Positions 35,601-40,449 of a DNA stretch of 40,449 bases are shown here, one piece after another. A program made the position numbers and the translations under genes. Under the pieces are notes generated by a model. That model had not been told where the DNA came from. It did no database searches and saw nothing but the letters and a program-made list of their open reading frames with translations. The DNA is from Chiloscyllium plagiosum (lineage: Eukaryota): assembly GCF_004010195.1 (NCBI RefSeq), contig NC_057758.1, positions 3,634,850 to 3,675,298 on the forward strand. The letters run 5' to 3'. Within the stretch, counting starts at the first letter, position 1. Each line of letters begins with the position of its first letter.

Positions 35601-38600
35601 CAAACCGCGAGAAAGAAATAAACACTGCGTTCTTACTCCAGGCTTCCTTTGCAGAGGCACTTTCCAGCAGGAGATATGAGACAAAATCTACCCCCTTGCA
35701 ATTATTTCGAGGGCAACGTGCGGTGGTGCAGACCGACCAGATGCACATCAGGAATTTCACAGGTCGTGAGCTTCTCACCACCAGACAAGTGATGTCTTGG
35801 TGCTCCTCCAGCTGGACAGGTATTTTGTCTCGGAATACAGGTTAATGCATTTGAGCATTCAGCACAATGTCCCATTCCGGGCAAATCGTCAGGTTCACTT
35901 TGGCAGTACACAAGTCTGATCTACATAGTGCTCCAAAATTAACATATATCCTGTCGGGGTTTGTGGTGTCAAGACGGATTCTGTGAGGTGGATTCAGAAT
36001 GTGATAGAACTAACCATTTCAGCAGATATACTTTACTTTATGCTCTCATTCTTCTGAATATACTCCAACATGTGACTCACCCAGCTTATCCCATTTCTGT
36101 ACCCACACATTTCAGCATTTTAAAAAATAGAGCAAATGTCTAGTTTTAACTAGAATACTTGCCCTTTATCTTTCCCTGGCCTTAGTGTTGTTACCCTTAG
36201 AACATCAGGTCCCACCATTAAGAAGCTCTGAACCAACCAAAAATGTTGCTCGTGCTTTCTATCACTTACAGATGTCCGTGTGGTCCTCAGTGATGGACAA
36301 GGGGTTTCAGCAGCTTTGAGACACATATTTGGAACTTATTCTATGCCTGTTTGCTGCTCGCCTGCATTGGTCGTTCTCTGCTGATCATGTGATCAGTAAC
36401 ATGTGGAATCCTCTCAATTGTCATTGAATCAGACCGTGCTTCGAATTTGTAGATGAATATTCTGACATCATTCTTGAATTGAAAAGTTAGTGCAGATGTT
36501 GCCATTGCGTTTTAAGATGCTGTGGATATTCAGTAAGACCAGGGGCTTTCGTGACCCACTGTGGAAACATCACGGTGACTGTATTCAAGCATCGGAATCT
36601 GCAAAATGAGCAAAGAATGGAACAGAAGCGGCAGAAAGGGGAATATGTGTAAAATGAATAAGGAGCCTCAATCAGATCAGCCATCGTCGAATGAATGGCA
36701 GAGCAGAATTGAATCTCCACTCTTGAAACGTATTCTGATACTTCTGTTTTTTACAAGCCAATTCCCCTTCTCTCCTCGTGTCGAATACTGGTGCGGAGGG
36801 AGTCACCTCCCTCTCTTGAAAGACAAAGTGATCCTGCGGCCTTACTCACCTCCTAAATTTTCTGTGTAACAGTCGCGAGCAATTGAATGACTGCTTCCAG
36901 TTCCTATTCAACAGTTTTGTGAAAAAAAATGCCCAAATCCTTTTCCCGAGTAACAGGCTTGGATAACTCTGTGACCTCCTTCTGTTTCTGTGGAATGGAA
37001 TTGAGGGACTGAATGTCCTCTTCACATTTCTTGCAGCTTATACTAACTGAAATCCTATCTCCTATTTCTGTTAAACAACCTCAATATCGGAATGATAGAT
37101 TTTTGTTTCTTATTTTCTGAGTTCCTGAGCAAGCAAACCGGCCGATTGGCTCGTTTTTGATATAATAAAATCCAGAAACTGAATGGCCCTGTCTTTCTAT
37201 TGTCTACCAGTCTTGAAAGGCTGAATGGCCTAATTCGGCCCCTTTAACAGACTCGTGAGGCAGAATGGACTCCTCCTATTACTGTGTTGCTGGCTTGAGA
37301 AATTAACTAGTCTCCTCCAATTGGACCTTAATAGAGATATGAAGCATGGAAATAAAATTCAAAGAAAAAGAAACTCCCTGCTGACCAGACGTCCTAAATT
37401 AATCTTGTCCTATTTGCCAGCATTTGGGCCTTACCTCAAGCGTTCCTGTGTATATTCCCATCCAAATGTCTTTTAAATGTTTTGTTTCACTCCTTCTCTC
37501 TCACATTAAACCTAATGCATCTAGTTTTTGACTCCCATCCCCAGGGGCAAAACATTGACCAGTTACCGTATTTATGCCCTTCACGATTGGACACATTTGT
37601 GTAAGGCCAAAGATTAGCCAACGACGCGCCTGGGAAAATAGCTAAGTCGTATACATCCACTCTTGATAGCTCAAACGCTCCAACCTGTGTAAAACGTCTC
37701 GAGAAATTTAGCGAACTCCTCATATTCTGCTTACGGAGTTTGAGAGGCTAAACGCTGCTTCTGTCCCTCTGTAACAGGGCCTCGAGGATGATGACTTCCT
37801 CCACTCCCTGTGTAACATGATCTTGAAGTTGGTTGGGCTTTTGCTGTCCCTCTGTAACTGGCTGTGGAGGCCGAATCGCCTCCTCCTGCACTACTTTGAT
37901 ACTCTCAATAATTCAATTGCCTCCTCCTTTTTGAAGTCATAGAGTTACACAGCAGGGAAACAGAGCCTTCTGTCCAACCCGTCGATCCGAATCAAACATC
38001 ATTAACTACTCTTATCCCTTTTACCAGTATTTGGCCCTTGCTTCTCTGAATCCATCCAGATGAATTTAAATTTTGCAACGAATACAACCGTCACCACTTC
38101 GCCTGGAAGCTGGTTTTCTTTCCTCCGTACACGGATCACCCTCCATGTGAGAAAGTTGCCCTTTTGGTCCCTTTTATATCTTTCCCCTGTCAACGTAAAC
38201 TTAGTTCCTCCATTTCTGGTCTCCCCTACCCAGGTAAATACCTTGGCTGATCAACGTATCCATGCTCCTCATGATGTCATGAACCTCTGTAAAGTTACCC
38301 CCAGAGTCCCCAAGGGTCCGACGCTCCAGGGAAATTATACCCAACCTGTTCAGCCACTCCCGATAACTCAAACACTCCAAACCTGGCATCATTCATGCAT
38401 TTTTTTCTGAACCCTTTGAAGCTTAACAATATCTTTCCTATGCAAATAAATGTAGTATTCCAAAAGTCGCCGAACCAGTACCCTGCAGTTCCACAAAATG
38501 ACTTTCTTCTCTGATACTCAAAACTCTGACCAATGAAAGCAATGTACCAAAAGCCTTCTTCAATACCCTGTCTGCATCAGACCTCACCATGAAGAAACGG

Positions 38601-40449
38601 TGAACCTTCATTCCAAGTCGACACGATTGCCGATTGGAAACATTGCTGCCTCACAGTCCATCAGAATCCCCTGCAACAACATGCCCACTACGGATGTCAG
38701 CTTTACTGGTCTATTTTTCCATAGGTTTTCCTCACAACTTTCTGACATTAGTACCTTCCTGTCATCCTTCACCTCTCCTGTGGATATACAATATACGAAA
38801 AACTTAGCATGGGACCGAGCATTCACTTCACTAGCTTCCCATAAGCTTCTGGGATGCCCATGATCAGTCTCTAAGCATTGATTTACCTTTGTGCATATTG
38901 AGATATCCATTACCACCTTCGCTGTAATATGAAAACTTCCAAAAGGTCACTATATATTTTTCCCCTAGTTCCAGAGCCTTATCCACAGTAAGCATTAAAG
39001 CAAATTAATCGATTAGCATCTCACTCATCCCTGCGGCCGCACACATAGAAGAATCTGTGGATATTTTCGGGGATCTCGTCACACTCTCGTTGCTCTTTTG
39101 ACTTTTATGTACTTTCAAAATGTCTTTGTATTCTCCTGAAAACTCGTTGCCAAAGTTATCTCATGTCTGCTTTTTGCCCTTTTGATTTCTCTTATGAGTA
39201 TCATCCTACTGCCGTTATACTCCATTAGGGATTCCCTCGATCCCAACTGACTGTACCTATACTATGTTTCCTTCTTTTTCTGACCGGAGCTTCAATTTCT
39301 GTACTCATCCAGCATTCTCTACACTTACCATTTCTGTCCTTCACACTGACGGGAACACACTGTCTCTCGACTCTAGTTATCTTATTTTTGAACGCACCGA
39401 ACTTTCCAACGATCCTTTTTCCCCGCAAATCGTTTTCCCAGTCAGATTTTCCAATTGATTGCATAATATGTTCAAAATTCGTCACGTTCAAGATTAGAAC
39501 TTCAAAGGTAATATAAGAATAAGAAGCATCTAAAACTATTTTCTAAAAAAACTAATAGTTAATATTTAACAGGCTTAAAATGTAGACGATGTCACCCTGT
39601 TTCCTTGTGAAACGCTCAACAGGATTAATGGCCCCATCTCTCCCGCTGCAACAGGCTCAAGAGGCTGAATGGCCTCCTCCTGTCGCTCTGTTACATACTA
39701 GATAGACTGAATGGCCTCTTGTTGTTAGTATGTAGCAGGCTTGATAGTCTAATGTCCGCCTTCAGTCCATCTGTAACACATTGTCCCACAGTATCCCATG
39801 GATGATGACTATCTGTTCAACTGTATTTGATGGAGGCCCCTCCCTTCTCATATACATAAACACACATAATAAAAAATAGTCCAGTATCATCTCAGTAGCA
39901 ACGGCTGTACAGCTGTAACAATACTTCTCTGAATATTGACGATACATTTTGCAAAATAAGGCAACATTCCAGCGCTCCACTTCGTCAAATGATTTTAGGC
40001 AACATTGGGTTGAATGTTGTCTTCTTAGCCCACTGTCACTGGCAGATGGGAACACAATTGATTCCCTGTGTTCCCGAAGAGCAGTCTGAATGCTCTGAAT
40101 AACGTTTCAAAGTTATGAATGAATTTAATAACACATTAATTAAAACTTGGAGCAGCATTAAAGGGAGACAATGTGGAATGAATATCGTTGCCCGCCGTTG
40201 TGGTCTGCAACAATTCCCCGAAGAAGTCATTTTATGCAGCTGGTGCGTTATTTTATCCCTGTCTCCTTGTATAAACAGAGTGGACCAGTTAGAAATATGC
40301 AGTTTTCTGACACTGTTTCTGTAAGCAAGGAAGAAAGATGAAAACGTTTCAAAGATTTATGGTCCATCCCATAGCAACCCTCAACATTTCGGTCAGACTG
40401 TGTCAATGTTCCCTTTCATTGTGATATGAAAAGTGATATAAGGAAGGTG
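32669..40449 (+). repeat. Segmental duplication, copy B (predicted upstream region of the next GPCR paralog)
   Basis: Direct diverged copy of 7467-15128, offset about 25.2-25.3 kb. Truncated by the N gap on the left and by the window edge on the right. Confidence 0.97.
35325..35830 (-). mobile_element. Tx1-like ORF2 C-terminus, copy in duplicate B
   Basis: ORFs 35578-35781 (CTTARCPRNNCKGVDFVSYLLLES) and 35315-35506 (SARKLFVFQNKELNSTECCRLAH). Confidence 0.8.

Noticed and set aside
32669..40449. Copy B as an uncollapsed allelic haplotig
   Set aside because: Local divergence up to 13/60, a 73-bp indel and many ~10-bp indels look too high for alleles. Not fully excluded without read depth.

Overview
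Eukaryotic, repeat-rich genomic DNA. The HE1-type SINEs, CR1, Penelope and Tx1 relics and a ~70-bp satellite point to a cartilaginous fish, probably a shark (inference). The only supportable host gene is a two-exon class A (rhodopsin-like) GPCR on the + strand, of the GPR139/GPR142-like type: CDS 15356-15536 joined to 23816-24723, 362 aa, with an 8.3-kb phase-1 GT-AG intron. The 7.7 kb upstream of this gene (7467-15128) recurs as a diverged direct copy at 32669-40449, right after a 500-N scaffold gap. The window therefore looks like one unit of a tandem receptor array, with the next paralog predicted to start about 230 bp past the window end. The rest is decayed retroelements, several carrying minimal hammerhead-ribozyme motifs, plus degenerate minisatellites. 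Points worth following up: the receptor array itself, a 21/42-nt repeat that builds the receptor N-terminus and continues into the 5' flank, loss of the conserved TM1 Asn, patchy identity between the duplicates, and several locally templated insertions. Repeat boundaries are approximate and were read by eye.
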